From NCBI GenBank assembly GCA_937875495.1, contig CALLYA010000181.1, forward strand, positions 1-42,547: 42,547 bases of DNA. Reading direction: 5' to 3'. The notes beneath the pieces are model-generated. The model did not search any database. It was given only the letters and a program-made list of their open reading frames with translations, and was not told the DNA's origin. The translations under genes and the position numbers were made by a program. Shown in pieces: positions 1 through 10,579 of this stretch (position 1 is the first letter of the stretch; every line of letters starts with the position of its first letter). This DNA comes from an uncultured Verrucomicrobiota bacterium. GTDB taxonomy: Bacteria > Verrucomicrobiota > CALLYA01.

Positions 1-30
1 CACGGACAGCAGCACGCGTAGCCGTGCTGC

Positions 31-86
31 GGACCTCCGACCTCGCCTGATGCCCCTCAGGGCATCTGGCTTCCGCCCCCCGGGCC
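31..86 (-). repeat. REP-like GC-rich hairpin element, copy 1
   Basis: The reverse complement reads GGGGGGCGGAAGCC-AGATGCCC-tga-GGGGCATC-AGGCGAGGTCGGAGGTCC. It has the same flanks (CGGAAGCC / GGCGAGGTCGG) and a stem-loop in the same position as the copies at 5188, 16551 and 20945. It supplies the last codons and the stop of the LamG gene. Confidence 0.6.
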
Positions 87-3000
87 GGAACCTACCGGCC
101 AGGACGCACGCCAAGGCGAGCGATACAGCCCTATCCGCTCAAACGGGATCGGGGCAAACGCCAACCGATCAAAGAGCGGCGCATCCGGCCGCAACGCGAA
201 GTCACCCCCTGCCAAGTCCGCAAACCCGGGGTCATCCTCGAAGACGATGTTCTCGAACTGGTCGATGTACTCCTGCCGACGTGCCACCGTTCCGCATTGG
301 TAAAAGACGTTGCGCCAAAGAGCATTCACCCCGGGATCGTCCAGCATCGTCGCAATCTTTGGATAGCGTGATAGATAGAGATCGTTTTGATAGAACCCGG
401 ATAACTCCTGACCCTCTCGCAGCGCAACCCATACGCTGTTGCCCGGGTACCACCCGCCCGTGATGCCGTACTTGCAGTCCACAAAGACGTTGTTCTCGAT
501 CAAATTGTCCCGGCCGCTGTTCATCTGTACCGCGCCGAAATTGCCGCTCGAACAGCGATAGAACACGTTCCCGTATACCAACATCCCGCTGATCGCGTCG
601 TCGAATCGTATCCCCGCCTGGCCGTGGACCGACTTCTCCGTGCCGGTCTTGCCAATGTGATGCAGGTAGTTGTGCCGAAAGACCACCCCGCGATAGGTCG
701 CGTTTCGGAACAGCTCCAACGCACCCTGGTCGTCCGACTCCTGCACCATGCTGTGCACCTCGTTGAACTCAATCTGATGATCGTTCCCCTCGATCCGCAT
801 CGCACTGCTCGGTCCGTTGTACATCAGGTTGTGTGCAACACGATTGCCTACACCTTCCAACTGGATCGCCGGTGTGTACGTGCGGTCGATCCGGCCGAAA
901 TCATGGATCACACAGTTCTCCACTAAATGCGCCCCCGGGGTCAGCGTCTCGCGATCACCACCGATCACCTCCGTCGCCCGCCGGCCCAGCATGTGAACAT
1001 CACACCCGATCAGCTGATTTCGATGTCCGCCGTGAACCATGATCCCATTGCCGGCCATGCGTCCAACCGTGCAGCCCAGGATGCTGCAGTCCTCGCAATC
1101 AACCAGCTCGATTCCGTTGTATCGTCCCAGATCAAAGCCCAATCCCTCCCAACGGACGTGTCGGACCCCGCGCATCACAACCATCGTCTCGCTGAACATC
1201 CCAAGCTCAACAACCGCATCCTCCAGATCCGAGGGCGGATAGAGATACACAACACCCGCCTCACGATCCAAGTACCACTCCCCAGGCGTGTCAATCTCCT
1301 CGAGCAGATTGAAAGCATAGTACTGGATCCCCTGCTCCGTGCTCATCCCACGTCCACCGTAATCATACGCCTCCCGGGTCGTGACCGTCTTCGCCGCCGG
1401 ATCGATCCGACCGATCTGAATCGTGGCGTCCGCCCATAGGAAATGGAAATAGCCGAACAGCCACGGATCCTCCGCGCCGGTCCAACGCGCATGCCGGTCA
1501 GAGACGTATTCGAAGACAGATGGCACACCCGCACGCCGAGAGCCCGGCTCGATCAGGCGCGATATCCCCACAAACCCCTCGTTCGGCCAACGAGCAAGCG
1601 TCATCGGCACGCGATCCACATACAGCTCCAGCGTCGGCGGCGACGCAGACTGCCCAATTCCACGCACGCCCAACCGGCCGTAATCGCGAATCCCCTGCGC
1701 CGCCAGATCAGATTGCCATACCGCTCCCCGTGCCTCCGCCGGCAACCGATCCAAAACCGCCGGGTCACGCACCGGCTCGAATCCCTCAAGCACCGTGCCT
1801 CCATAAAAGACCGACCGCCCCATCTCACGCGCACGATAGACAACCGGCCCCTCCGCCGTCCCGGAGTCCTCCTGCCCGAGCGTCAACTGCCCCTCAACCC
1901 GGTATGCCCCCGGCAACACCGTCACCGCAATCGGACCGCTCACGCCCGCCCTGCGCAGGGCGCGCACACGGTCCCGCGCCTGTTGCAACGTCCCCACCGG
2001 CGCGCCCTCAGAGCCGTCCCCGGCCGCGCTGCCATCCGGCGCCACGAAGACCTCGGCCGCATACGTATCAATCAGCGGCACCGTAACCCGGTCATCTTCT
2101 ACCGCACCCGCCAGACGCGCCGACTCCCGCTGCGCCTCCAAACGATGCACCTCCGGAAATCCCACATCCGCGGAGATCTCACGATAGACGGCTGCCGCAT
2201 CCTCCCGGCGGCCTTCCCTGACCAGGCTCTGCGCCAGACGCAGAGCCGCATAACTCCGAAAATGAACCGGCGCTTCGGCTTGATCGCGCACTCCCCCACA
2301 GAGCTCGCGCACCCGCTCGAATGCCCCGTCGCTCCACGCCTCCTCTACCTCGCGAAAAACCGTAGCCAGACGCCGAGTACGCTTCGCCGCCACGATCTCC
2401 TCGCTCTCGCTCACACCGAAGCCTGCCTTCAACCGAGCAAACTCAGCCTCGACCGCATCCGCCGTGAGCGCAGCACGGTACAACTTCACCTCGTCGATCA
2501 ATCCCCAAAAGTTCTGCCAGCCGCTCCCAATCGTCAGCTTGCCGTCCAGGGAAAAATCTCCATCGAACTCCGCCGGAATCGCCACATCACCCGTGGCATA
2601 TCCGTTGACGTAAATCGCCACCCGGCCTCGATCCCGATCGCAAACAAGGGCGACATGCGCCCACTGACCCTGCACCAGCGAAAGCGAAGTCGATGCCCCG
2701 GTCGATACCCGCTCGCCATTCGCTCGCTCAAAGCAGAAATAACTGGTCACCTGTCCCGATTCCAGCACGTCCATCACCAGGTTCGCCTTCGGATAGAGCC
2801 CGTACGAGAAGATCCGTCGCTGCGGCTGGGTGCTCTCAATGGCCAGGCGGACCGGCTTCAGCATCGCCGTGAAGCTCCAGGAGCCCCGCCCAAGCCTCAG
2901 CTCAGGCGGGATCTCAACCACCACCGGGCTGCTCGGCTCGCCCTCGAACTGCGCCGCCATGCCCACCGGACCCTGCACCGCCGGCGCACCCATCGCCCCA

Positions 3001-3164
3001 TCCAGTCCGTGACCCGAACGATCCACCACGCGGCCGGAATCGATCCGGTCAAAGTCCCAATGCAGGATCGGAGCCTCGTTCCCCGCCTCGACGGCGATAC
3101 ACTCGGAGGCAAACCGAATGCTGATTCCAAGGGCGGCAATGATCAAAAAACGAAATGGTCTCAT
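57..3164 (-). CDS. secreted LamG (concanavalin-A-like lectin) plus right-handed parallel beta-helix repeat protein
   Basis: Long ORF. I chose the start at MRPFRFLIIAALG (signal-peptide-like) rather than the upstream alternative start. The N-terminal part matches a LamG pattern (QWAHVALVCDRDRGRVAIYVNG...IDEVKLYRAAL). The C-terminal half has beta-helix NxxG/HN repeats and is paralogous to ORF 10890..13037. Confidence 0.8.
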   Translation of the reverse strand: MRPFRFLIIAALGISIRFASECIAVEAGNEAPILHWDFDRIDSGRVVDRSGHGLDGAMGAPAVQGPVGMAAQFEGEPSSPVVVEIPPELRLGRGSWSFTAMLKPVRLAIESTQPQRRIFSYGLYPKANLVMDVLESGQVTSYFCFERANGERVSTGASTSLSLVQGQWAHVALVCDRDRGRVAIYVNGYATGDVAIPAEFDGDFSLDGKLTIGSGWQNFWGLIDEVKLYRAALTADAVEAEFARLKAGFGVSESEEIVAAKRTRRLATVFREVEEAWSDGAFERVRELCGGVRDQAEAPVHFRSYAALRLAQSLVREGRREDAAAVYREISADVGFPEVHRLEAQRESARLAGAVEDDRVTVPLIDTYAAEVFVAPDGSAAGDGSEGAPVGTLQQARDRVRALRRAGVSGPIAVTVLPGAYRVEGQLTLGQEDSGTAEGPVVYRAREMGRSVFYGGTVLEGFEPVRDPAVLDRLPAEARGAVWQSDLAAQGIRDYGRLGVRGIGQSASPPTLELYVDRVPMTLARWPNEGFVGISRLIEPGSRRAGVPSVFEYVSDRHARWTGAEDPWLFGYFHFLWADATIQIGRIDPAAKTVTTREAYDYGGRGMSTEQGIQYYAFNLLEEIDTPGEWYLDREAGVVYLYPPSDLEDAVVELGMFSETMVVMRGVRHVRWEGLGFDLGRYNGIELVDCEDCSILGCTVGRMAGNGIMVHGGHRNQLIGCDVHMLGRRATEVIGGDRETLTPGAHLVENCVIHDFGRIDRTYTPAIQLEGVGNRVAHNLMYNGPSSAMRIEGNDHQIEFNEVHSMVQESDDQGALELFRNATYRGVVFRHNYLHHIGKTGTEKSVHGQAGIRFDDAISGMLVYGNVFYRCSSGNFGAVQMNSGRDNLIENNVFVDCKYGITGGWYPGNSVWVALREGQELSGFYQNDLYLSRYPKIATMLDDPGVNALWRNVFYQCGTVARRQEYIDQFENIVFEDDPGFADLAGGDFALRPDAPLFDRLAFAPIPFERIGLYRSPWRASWPVGSGPGGGSQMP

Positions 3165-3280
3165 CGAAAGCCTCTCACGGGTTCGGGTGGATCTCTCTCC
3201 CAATGACCGAATAAGACGAAGCAACGATTTGTGTCAATTCAACTCTTCCCGCGGCGTAGAGCCCCTGAGCCGCGGATCGA

Positions 3281-4510
3281 TCAGGCGTCGCCATCCAACA
3301 GTTGACGAACCAACAACAGGAGCCGCTGCGGGGCATACGGTTTCTGGAGCATGTGCAGCCCCTCATCATGCACGAACTGCGTCTTCACCGTCCGCTCGCC
3401 ATACCCGCTGGTAAAGAGGAAGGGGACATCCGGCGCCATCTCGCGAATTCTCCCCAAAATCTTGGGGCCCGACAGCCGCGGCATCACGACATCCAAAATC
3501 ACCAAACAGATCTCATCACGATGCTGCTCGAATAGCTTGCAGGCCTGCTGACCATCCGCTGCGGAGAGCACCCGATACCCAACCCCCTGGAGCACATCCT
3601 GCCCCAACTTACGTACCAGGGCGTTGTCCTCAGCAAGAAGTATGGTCTCACTTCCACCCTGGACCGCCACCTCCTGTATCGTCGACCCCAGTTCCGCCAC
3701 ACCCTCTGGATGGCACTCGGGAAAATAGATTTTGAAGGTGGTGCCATGCCCCGGCTCGCTGTAAACCTCGATCATCCCCTCGTGCTGCTGGACAATGCCG
3801 TAGACCGTGGCAAGCCCCAATCCCGTCCCCTTGCCCACCGCCTTCGTCGTGAAGAAAGGCTCAAAAATGTGCGTGCGCGTCTCCTCGTCCATACCCTGGC
3901 CCGTGTCCGTTACGCTCAAAAGGACAAATCGACCCGGCTTCGCCCAGATGTGGTTCTCACAATAGTCGAGATCCAGTTGGACATTGTCTGTCTCAATCGT
4001 CAACGTCCCCCCCTCCGGCATGGCATCTCGACCGTTGATACCCAGATTCATCAACGCCTGTTCCACCATCCCCGGATCGGCGAAGACAGAATGAAGCCCC
4101 TTCCCAGGAATCCATTCGACCCGATACTGCTCGCCCAACAGCCGGGTCAGCATCCGGGCAATCCCATCCACCACCTCGTTCAGATCCAGCGCCTTCGGCT
4201 GCATGATCTGGCGGCGGCTGAAAGTGAGCAGCTGGCGCGTTAAATCCCCGGCCCGCTGCGCACTCCGCTTGATCTCCAACAGCCCCTCCCGCGCGCTACC
4301 GGAGGTGTGCTCGTCGTCCAACATGATCTGTGCGTAGCTCAGGATCCCCTGGAGGATGTTGTTGAAGTCATGGGCAAGCCCCCCAGCCAATTGGCCGACC
4401 GCTTCCATCTTCTGCGCATGCCGGTATTGCTCCTCAAGCTTGAGCCGCTCGGACATGATCGCCTGGTTCTTCTCGAAGAGTGTCCGATAGCGCTCCTCGC
4501 TCCTGGCCAA
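3281..4510 (-). CDS. hybrid sensor histidine kinase, cytoplasmic part (HisKA + HATPase_c + C-terminal receiver)
   Basis: H-box [14 protein letters not shown] boxes ([23 protein letters not shown]) and a receiver domain (ILLAEDN...LVILDVVMP...TSGY). It opens only with TTG directly after a stop codon, so it is probably the frame-shifted continuation of 4339..5100. Confidence 0.8.
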   Translation of the reverse strand: MARSEERYRTLFEKNQAIMSERLKLEEQYRHAQKMEAVGQLAGGLAHDFNNILQGILSYAQIMLDDEHTSGSAREGLLEIKRSAQRAGDLTRQLLTFSRRQIMQPKALDLNEVVDGIARMLTRLLGEQYRVEWIPGKGLHSVFADPGMVEQALMNLGINGRDAMPEGGTLTIETDNVQLDLDYCENHIWAKPGRFVLLSVTDTGQGMDEETRTHIFEPFFTTKAVGKGTGLGLATVYGIVQQHEGMIEVYSEPGHGTTFKIYFPECHPEGVAELGSTIQEVAVQGGSETILLAEDNALVRKLGQDVLQGVGYRVLSAADGQQACKLFEQHRDEICLVILDVVMPRLSGPKILGRIREMAPDVPFLFTSGYGERTVKTQFVHDEGLHMLQKPYAPQRLLLLVRQLLDGDA

Positions 4511-5100
4511 GGCATCGATGCCGCGCGATGCCGCTCCACCTCAAGGAAGACAGAGGCCGCGAGTAAAAACGCAGGCGGATAGAAGAGCATGACCGGCAGT
4601 CCAATGCGGCTGACCGCCGCCATGCCGAGTTCCCCAGGGATGAACAACTGCAGCAACACCATCAACGCATGCACAAGAACACCCAGGCCCAGCAAACTCA
4701 GGGGATTCATCCAGCGCTCGTTCCTCTGGCTCAGGCGGCGGAAATACAAACCCAGGATGGCCGCCTCGACCACAACAAGCGACCCGGCCAACGCCCCGGC
4801 ACCACCTAAATAAATTCGATACACCACACAAATCACAGCAGCGATCAGCGTGGATATCCAGCCAACAAACACCCCGGACAACGCGAGTACAATCGACCGC
4901 CCGTCGTAAATCACACCCTCATCAAAACGAAGCGGCGTCATCATCCCCACCACCCCGACCACGCCAAAAAGGATCCCCGCCGCCACCCGAAAAAGCACCC
5001 TGCGCTTCTCAAACCGCTGCGTCAAAACCTGTAGCCCAACCACCAGCATCAGGAGCAGTGCGATATTTTGGACCAAATCCAGGAGCATAAGCCTCTCCAA
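4339..5100 (-). CDS. 5TMR-LYT-type membrane sensor module; the real coding part is about 4530..5100 and is likely the N-terminus of the kinase in another frame
   Basis: Five to six hydrophobic helices with the [15 protein letters not shown]...RIYLGGAGA pattern typical of LytS-type 5TM receptors. The sequence becomes Arg/Ser-rich nonsense after ...[10 protein letters not shown], exactly where the kinase frame opens. Confidence 0.65.
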   Translation of the reverse strand: MERLMLLDLVQNIALLLMLVVGLQVLTQRFEKRRVLFRVAAGILFGVVGVVGMMTPLRFDEGVIYDGRSIVLALSGVFVGWISTLIAAVICVVYRIYLGGAGALAGSLVVVEAAILGLYFRRLSQRNERWMNPLSLLGLGVLVHALMVLLQLFIPGELGMAAVSRIGLPVMLFYPPAFLLAASVFLEVERHRAASMPWPGARSAIGHSSRRTRRSCPSGSSLRSNTGMRRRWKRSANWLGGLPMTSTTSSRGS

Positions 5101-5187
5101 TGCTAGGAGCCGGATTGTTTATGGGGGGTCCGATCGGCGCTATGCTTACCACCATTGCATTCAGCAATACAAGAAAAGTGTGGGGGG

Positions 5188-5243
5188 CCCGCCGGGGCCG
5201 AAAGCCTGAGCCTGACCCCTCAGGCGGGAGGTCAGAGGTCCGC
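5188..5243 (+). repeat. REP-like GC-rich hairpin element, copy 2
   Basis: CCGCCGGGGCCGAAAGCCTGAG-cctgaccc-CTCAGGCGGGAGGTCAGAGGTCC. It lies in the divergent spacer between the kinase and the glycosidase genes. Confidence 0.6.
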
Positions 5244-5412
5244 TGTGAGTGAGGTTGGGCATTCGGTTCGATAACATTGAGCCTGCTGATGAGCGGAGGT
5301 CTCCCTGGGCGCGCCGGCCAAACCCCGTCGTGCCGCCTGCCAGTAGCCCGCTTCAACACTGTTCTGCAATTTCGACTCAAATACCCCACCCTACCCCAAG
5401 CATCACAAAGTC

Positions 5413-5430
5413 CTCTGTCCACTCTGTCCA
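5413..5430. repeat. 2 x 9-bp tandem CTCTGTCCA
   Basis: Perfect tandem duplication in the spacer upstream of the glycosidase gene. It belongs to the GTCC 9-bp phased class. Confidence 0.7.
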
Positions 5431-5671
5431 CCTCCCCGCATCTGCGGGCCACACGGCATCATCCGCACCCACAGCGATCCTCCGACCTTCGACGGGGGCT
5501 CCAGCCCCCCGGGCCGCGACACCCACCGTCGTTCTGCCGTTGGCGCACTCCCAAAAACCTGGTCACACACGCGTGGCTCCGATATGATTCTGCTTGTTCA
5601 GAGTTGGATCCATCGCAGCGCGCCAACCATTAACCACCCATTCCACGAACGAGTAGAAAAGGTCCAGAGAC

Positions 5672-8600
5672 GTGAACGTACCCGTTAAGATCCACGGCCG
5701 TAGGTTCCTAGCCGCCCTCGCACTCCTCCTCGTGCAGCCGCCTGCCCCCTTGCAGGCGACCGCACCCGATGCCGTTCCCAATCCCACAGCCCTGCAAGGC
5801 ACGTTCGGCAAACAGGACCCCGAAACATTTCAGACACCACCCGCCGTACATCACCCGCAGACTTGGTTCCACTTCATCGGCGGCAATGTCGCCAAGGAAG
5901 GCGTCACCGCCGATCTCGAGGCGATCGCCGCGGCCGGGATCTCAGGCGTCCAGTTCTTTCACGGCCAGTTCGGCGGCCCATGGCCCGGCGTCGATCCCCA
6001 GATCCAATGCCTGAGCGAACCCTGGGACGATATGGTCCAACACGTCGCCTCCGAATGCCGCCGCCTCGGCCTGCGCTTCACCATCCAGAACTGTCCGGGC
6101 TGGGCCATGGCAGGCGGACCCTGGATCACGCCCGACAAGGCCATGCGTCACCTCGTCTGGAGCCGTACCGACCTGGCCGACCGCCCCACGGACACGATCG
6201 CCCTGCCTCAGCCACAGCCGAGCCAAGAGGATTGGCGCGATTATCGCGACCTCTTCGTCGTCGCCTTCCCCACCCCCGCGGGCGACACCGGCAAGGCACT
6301 CACCCCGGCCGAGGTCCGAAGCAACCGCGATGACCTGCCCTGGACCCAATGCCTCCAGGCCGCCGGCGACGGACGGATCACCCTGCAGCCCGCCGATGAG
6401 CCGGTCTGGGTCGAAGTCACTTTCGAAACACCCACCCTCCTGCGCACCGTCGAACTGCCCTCCGTCCAGTCGTTCAACCATAACTGGTGCTACGAACCGG
6501 GCGTCACCGTCACCGTGGAGGCGCTTCTCCCCGACGGCCCACAGACCATCGCGCACCAACAGATGCCGCAGAGCAACTGGCAGGGGAATCGACCGATCTC
6601 ATTGGCTTGCGACGAGATAACCGCCGAAAAATTCCGCATCACCATCGAACACCTGCACACCATGACGCTCGCCTATATCCAGCTCTTCTCCGGCGCGCGC
6701 AAAAATAACTGGGAGGCCGAAGCCGCCTTCGTCCTGCGCGGTCTCGACCAGATCGAACACCCTGACCAGTCCGAGACAGCCTGGATCAACCCCGATTCCA
6801 TTCTCGACCTGTCCGATCAGCTCGATGCCCAGGGCAACCTCCAATGGGACGCGCCAAGCGGTCACTGGACCATCCTGCGCTGGGGCCACGTCAATAGCGG
6901 TAAACGTAACGGGCCCGCACCCCCGGAAGGTACCGGCTGGGAATGCGATAAGCTCTCGCCCACCGGCGCCGAGACCCACTTCGCCGGCTACGTCGGCCGC
7001 CTCGCCGAAGGCCCCATCGGCAACGGACTCCTCCACGGTATGCTGCTCGATAGCTGGGAGTGCGAGACCCAAACATGGACTCCCGGCCTCGATCGCGAGT
7101 TCGCCGCCCGCCGGGCCTACGAGCTGCGCCCCTGGCTCCCCGCACTCGCCGGCTTCGTGATCGAACACCCGGAAACAACCACCCGGTTCCTGCGCGACTG
7201 GCGCTCCACCATCAACGACCTGCTGGTCCAGAACTTCTTCGGACGCATGGCCGAGCTCGGTCATGAACAGGGACTCGCCATCGCCTTCGAGACCGCCTCC
7301 GGTGACGTCTTCCCCGGAGACCTGCTCGAGTACTACAAACATGCCGATGTCCCCATGTGCGAGTTCTGGCACCCACGCATGGATTCCTTCGTCGGCAGCT
7401 TCAATTTCAAACCGATCAAGCCATGCGTCTCCGCCGCGCGCATGTACGGAAAACCCCGCGTCGCCGCCGAGGCATTCACCTCGTTCGACCTCTCATGGAC
7501 CGAACACCCCGGCATGCTCAAGCCGATTGCCGATATGCACCTGGCCGAAGGCGTCACCCACCTCGTCTTTCACACCTATACCCATAACCCCAGAACCGAT
7601 TTCCTCCCGCCAGGGACCGCGTTCGGCTCCAACATCGGCACCCCATTCCTGCGCCAGCAGACCTGGTGGAAGGCCATGCCCGAGTTCACCGACTACCTCG
7701 CGCGCTGCAGCTTCATGCTCGAACGCGGCCACCCGGTCTCCGACGTGCTCTGGTACATCGGCGATGAGCAGGATCATAAACCGCTCCAGGACGCGCCCTT
7801 CCCCGTGGGCTACCGCTACGACTACTGCAACCCGGACGCCCTGCTCCACCGACTCGCCGTCCAGGACGGACGCATCGTCACCCCCGAGGGCATCGCTTAC
7901 GAACTGCTCTGGCTTCCGAACAACCGACGGATGCTGCCCGAAACCCTCGAGCGCCTCGTCACACTCGTCGAGGCCGGCGCCGTCATCGTCGGCGACCGTC
8001 CCGTAGGCCTCGCGACACTCACCGGCGGCGCCCGCGCCCAAGCGCGTTTCGATCGCGCCGTCCATGCCCTCTGGGGCGATACGACCAGTGACGCCCCCCG
8101 TAAGGTTGGTCTCGGTAGTGTCCTCGCCGGGATCACCATCGAGGAAGCACTCGCCACCCGCGCCATCCAGCCCGACGTCCAAGGCACCGGCGTCGTCTGG
8201 TCACACCGTCGTACCACCGGCGCCGATTGGTACTTCGTCGCCGCGCCCACCCAGCCTTTTAACGGAGACCTCACCTTCCGCGCGACCGGCACAGTCGAGC
8301 TGTGGGATCCCATGACCGGCCGCACCGCCCCCGCGCAGGTGCGCGAACAGGATCCCTCCGGCACCACCCTCCATCTCGATCTCCCAGCCGCAGGCTCGCT
8401 CTTCGTCGTCTTCCACAAGAACGCACTGCCATCGCAAGCTCCGGCTGCAACACGCGAACAGACGCGCAGCATCGCCCTGAACGGTCCCTGGCACCTCGCA
8501 TTCCCCGCGGGTTGGGGCGCACCCGCAGGCGTGGACCTCAAGGAGCTCTCCTCCTGGACAGAGCTGGATGTTCCCACGGAAGGCCGCGCCTTCTCCGGAA

Positions 8601-8947
8601 CCGCTACCTACTCCACCAGCTTTGAGTGGACTCCAGCCGACTCGATCGCCCAGGTTGTACTCGACCTCGGCCGGGTCGAGGTCCTCGCCGAGATCAGCAT
8701 CAACGGGCAACCCGCTGGCATCTCCTGGATCGCGCCACACCGGGTCGACATCACCAGCCTCCTGCTGGAAGGCACCAACCAGCTCGAGATCAAGGTCACC
8801 AATACCTGGTTCAACCGCCTGGTCCACGATGCCGGCCTCCCCGATGACGCCAGGAAGACCTGGACCATCGGTGCCCCTCCGGCCAACGCCACTCTCCGCC
8901 CAGCCGGACTCCTCGGACCGGTCGCGCTGGAGCTGTTCACCAACTAA
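5672..8947 (+). CDS. secreted glycoside hydrolase, GH106-like (putative alpha-L-rhamnosidase type) with a C-terminal galactose-binding-like domain
   Basis: GTG start followed by a signal peptide (RRFLAALALLLVQPPAPLQA). The motif WFHFIGGNVAKEGVTADLEAIAAAGISGVQFFHGQFGG is one I associate with the GH106 / BT0986-like family. The family assignment is from memory and was not searched. Confidence 0.7.
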   Translation: MNVPVKIHGRRFLAALALLLVQPPAPLQATAPDAVPNPTALQGTFGKQDPETFQTPPAVHHPQTWFHFIGGNVAKEGVTADLEAIAAAGISGVQFFHGQFGGPWPGVDPQIQCLSEPWDDMVQHVASECRRLGLRFTIQNCPGWAMAGGPWITPDKAMRHLVWSRTDLADRPTDTIALPQPQPSQEDWRDYRDLFVVAFPTPAGDTGKALTPAEVRSNRDDLPWTQCLQAAGDGRITLQPADEPVWVEVTFETPTLLRTVELPSVQSFNHNWCYEPGVTVTVEALLPDGPQTIAHQQMPQSNWQGNRPISLACDEITAEKFRITIEHLHTMTLAYIQLFSGARKNNWEAEAAFVLRGLDQIEHPDQSETAWINPDSILDLSDQLDAQGNLQWDAPSGHWTILRWGHVNSGKRNGPAPPEGTGWECDKLSPTGAETHFAGYVGRLAEGPIGNGLLHGMLLDSWECETQTWTPGLDREFAARRAYELRPWLPALAGFVIEHPETTTRFLRDWRSTINDLLVQNFFGRMAELGHEQGLAIAFETASGDVFPGDLLEYYKHADVPMCEFWHPRMDSFVGSFNFKPIKPCVSAARMYGKPRVAAEAFTSFDLSWTEHPGMLKPIADMHLAEGVTHLVFHTYTHNPRTDFLPPGTAFGSNIGTPFLRQQTWWKAMPEFTDYLARCSFMLERGHPVSDVLWYIGDEQDHKPLQDAPFPVGYRYDYCNPDALLHRLAVQDGRIVTPEGIAYELLWLPNNRRMLPETLERLVTLVEAGAVIVGDRPVGLATLTGGARAQARFDRAVHALWGDTTSDAPRKVGLGSVLAGITIEEALATRAIQPDVQGTGVVWSHRRTTGADWYFVAAPTQPFNGDLTFRATGTVELWDPMTGRTAPAQVREQDPSGTTLHLDLPAAGSLFVVFHKNALPSQAPAATREQTRSIALNGPWHLAFPAGWGAPAGVDLKELSSWTELDVPTEGRAFSGTATYSTSFEWTPADSIAQVVLDLGRVEVLAEISINGQPAGISWIAPHRVDITSLLLEGTNQLEIKVTNTWFNRLVHDAGLPDDARKTWTIGAPPANATLRPAGLLGPVALELFTN

Positions 8948-9020
8948 CACAGGCGGTTTCGCCGAAATGCACCGGTCCAGGAGGTCAACCCCACCTGGAC
9001 CGGTGCGGCTTTTCACACGC

Positions 9021-9542
9021 ATGAAAACCATCAGCTCAAAGCCGCTCCTCTATCTCTTTGCCGGTCTCCCCGGATCAGGCAAGACCACCCTCGCCCAGCG
9101 CCTCGCACAACACACCGGCGCGCTCTTCCTGCGCATCGATACCATCGAACAGGCACTGCGCGATCTGTGCGGTGTCGATGTCCAGGGCGAAGGCTACCGC
9201 CTCGCCTATCGCATCGCAGCCGATAACCTCCGCATCGGACTCTCCGTAATCGCCGATTGCTGCAACCCCATCGAACTCACCCGTGACGAATGGGAAGATG
9301 TCGCACGTTTGAACGATGCACGATGGATCCATGTCGATATCGTTTGTACCGACCCAGACGAGCATCGGCGCCGCGTCGAGACACGCCTGCAAACGCATTC
9401 AGACCAGTCGATGCCGACCTGGGAGGATGTCTGCTCCCGTGAGATTCACCCCTGGACCCGACCGCGGCTGATCATCGATACCGCCCACGCTACCGTGGAG
9501 GAATCCTTCCAAAACCTGTTGAAACAAACATCGATCCCCTGA
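9021..9542 (+). CDS. P-loop kinase, AAA_33 / zeta-toxin-like fold
   Basis: Walker A motif FAGLPGSGKTTLA close to the N-terminus. I moved the start to MKTISSKP because the upstream part of the tracked ORF overlaps the glycosidase 3' end. Confidence 0.7.
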   Translation: MKTISSKPLLYLFAGLPGSGKTTLAQRLAQHTGALFLRIDTIEQALRDLCGVDVQGEGYRLAYRIAADNLRIGLSVIADCCNPIELTRDEWEDVARLNDARWIHVDIVCTDPDEHRRRVETRLQTHSDQSMPTWEDVCSREIHPWTRPRLIIDTAHATVEESFQNLLKQTSIP

Positions 9543-9605
9543 TCACCGGCGAAAACAGCGAACCACAAATCAACTCTTCCCCCACGGCCCTGTTCTCATT
9601 CCCTA

Positions 9606-10517
9606 ATGCCCAAAGAGATCATCATGATTTTTCCTACTCACCCGCGATCGCACTTCACCGCACTCCTCTCAATCCCCTTCCTGCTCGCCTCCGCACCTGA
9701 CATGCAGGCGGCTGATGAAAGTCCGCTCCGCACCCTGGAACAACTCATCCAGTCCGAGCCGAAACCCTTCGTCGTTGTCGAGGCCACCGAGGAAGACTTC
9801 TCCGGCCGCGGCCAGGGCGTTGTCATCTCCCCCCAGGGACACATGCTCTCCGTCGGGCACGTCTGCTGGAGCCACAAACTCGACCGGTTCGTCGATCACT
9901 TCAGGGCTCGCATCCGCAGCTCAAGCGATCAACCGCCCTTCGGCGCCACACACCAACACAAGGCGATCTTCAAGGACCGCGAGGATCAGGCCTTCTATGA
10001 ATACCTGTTCAACGCCACCCTCGTTCAGCAGGCTGGTTCCCGGTTCATAGACCACCGCGACCTCGCGCTCTTTAAAATCGAGGCTAAGGGCGATATGCCA
10101 TTCGTCGAGTTCTACTCCGATGATCGGCCAGAACTCCAGGTGGGCGATCGGCTGACCCTCTGCCACTACATCTTTCCCGACCGTGAGGCGGACCCCACCT
10201 TCATGCTCAACCCGATCGAAGTCGTCGGAGTCGTTCAGACCCCTAGCGGCATACAATACCTGGCGGACGGCTACTGCCGCTATGGATCCAGCGGGGGCGC
10301 GATCCTCAAGGACGGCAAGCTCGTCGGCATCCAAAGCTCCACCTACCCCGTGAACGCACACGAGATCGGCGAGATCCCCATCGGCCTGCTCTCCTTCCAT
10401 CCGGTCTGGAGATCACTCGTCGCCGAAACCCTCGACACGCCCGCGCCCGACACCACTGAGCCCGACACCACTGAGCCCGACACAGCCGAGCCCGAGCCGG
10501 CTGCCGATCAGCCTTGA
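9606..10517 (+). CDS. secreted trypsin-like (S1/Trypsin_2) serine protease
   Basis: Signal peptide, then a His (SVGHVCW), Asp (DLALFKI), Ser (GSSGGAIL) triad in the expected order. The C-terminus has a TEPDT tandem repeat tail. Confidence 0.75.
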   Translation: MPKEIIMIFPTHPRSHFTALLSIPFLLASAPDMQAADESPLRTLEQLIQSEPKPFVVVEATEEDFSGRGQGVVISPQGHMLSVGHVCWSHKLDRFVDHFRARIRSSSDQPPFGATHQHKAIFKDREDQAFYEYLFNATLVQQAGSRFIDHRDLALFKIEAKGDMPFVEFYSDDRPELQVGDRLTLCHYIFPDREADPTFMLNPIEVVGVVQTPSGIQYLADGYCRYGSSGGAILKDGKLVGIQSSTYPVNAHEIGEIPIGLLSFHPVWRSLVAETLDTPAPDTTEPDTTEPDTAEPEPAADQP

Positions 10518-10579
10518 GCCCAGCCTGGAGCTCGAATCCGTCCGAAAATAGCATGCGGTCACAGCAGAAGGCACTCAGG

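Noticed and set aside
1443-3206. 587-aa plus-strand ORF, with other long plus-strand ORFs, opposite the LamG/beta-helix gene
   Set aside because: The composition is Arg/Pro/His-rich and low-complexity with no recognisable motif. It lies entirely antisense to a gene with clear domain signatures. This is a typical shadow ORF in high-GC DNA.
8568-9020. N-terminal 150-aa extension of the P-loop kinase ORF
   Set aside because: It overlaps the 3' end of the glycosidase gene in another frame and is Pro/Ser/Arg-rich. The Walker A motif sits at the expected distance from the internal start MKTISSKP at 9021.
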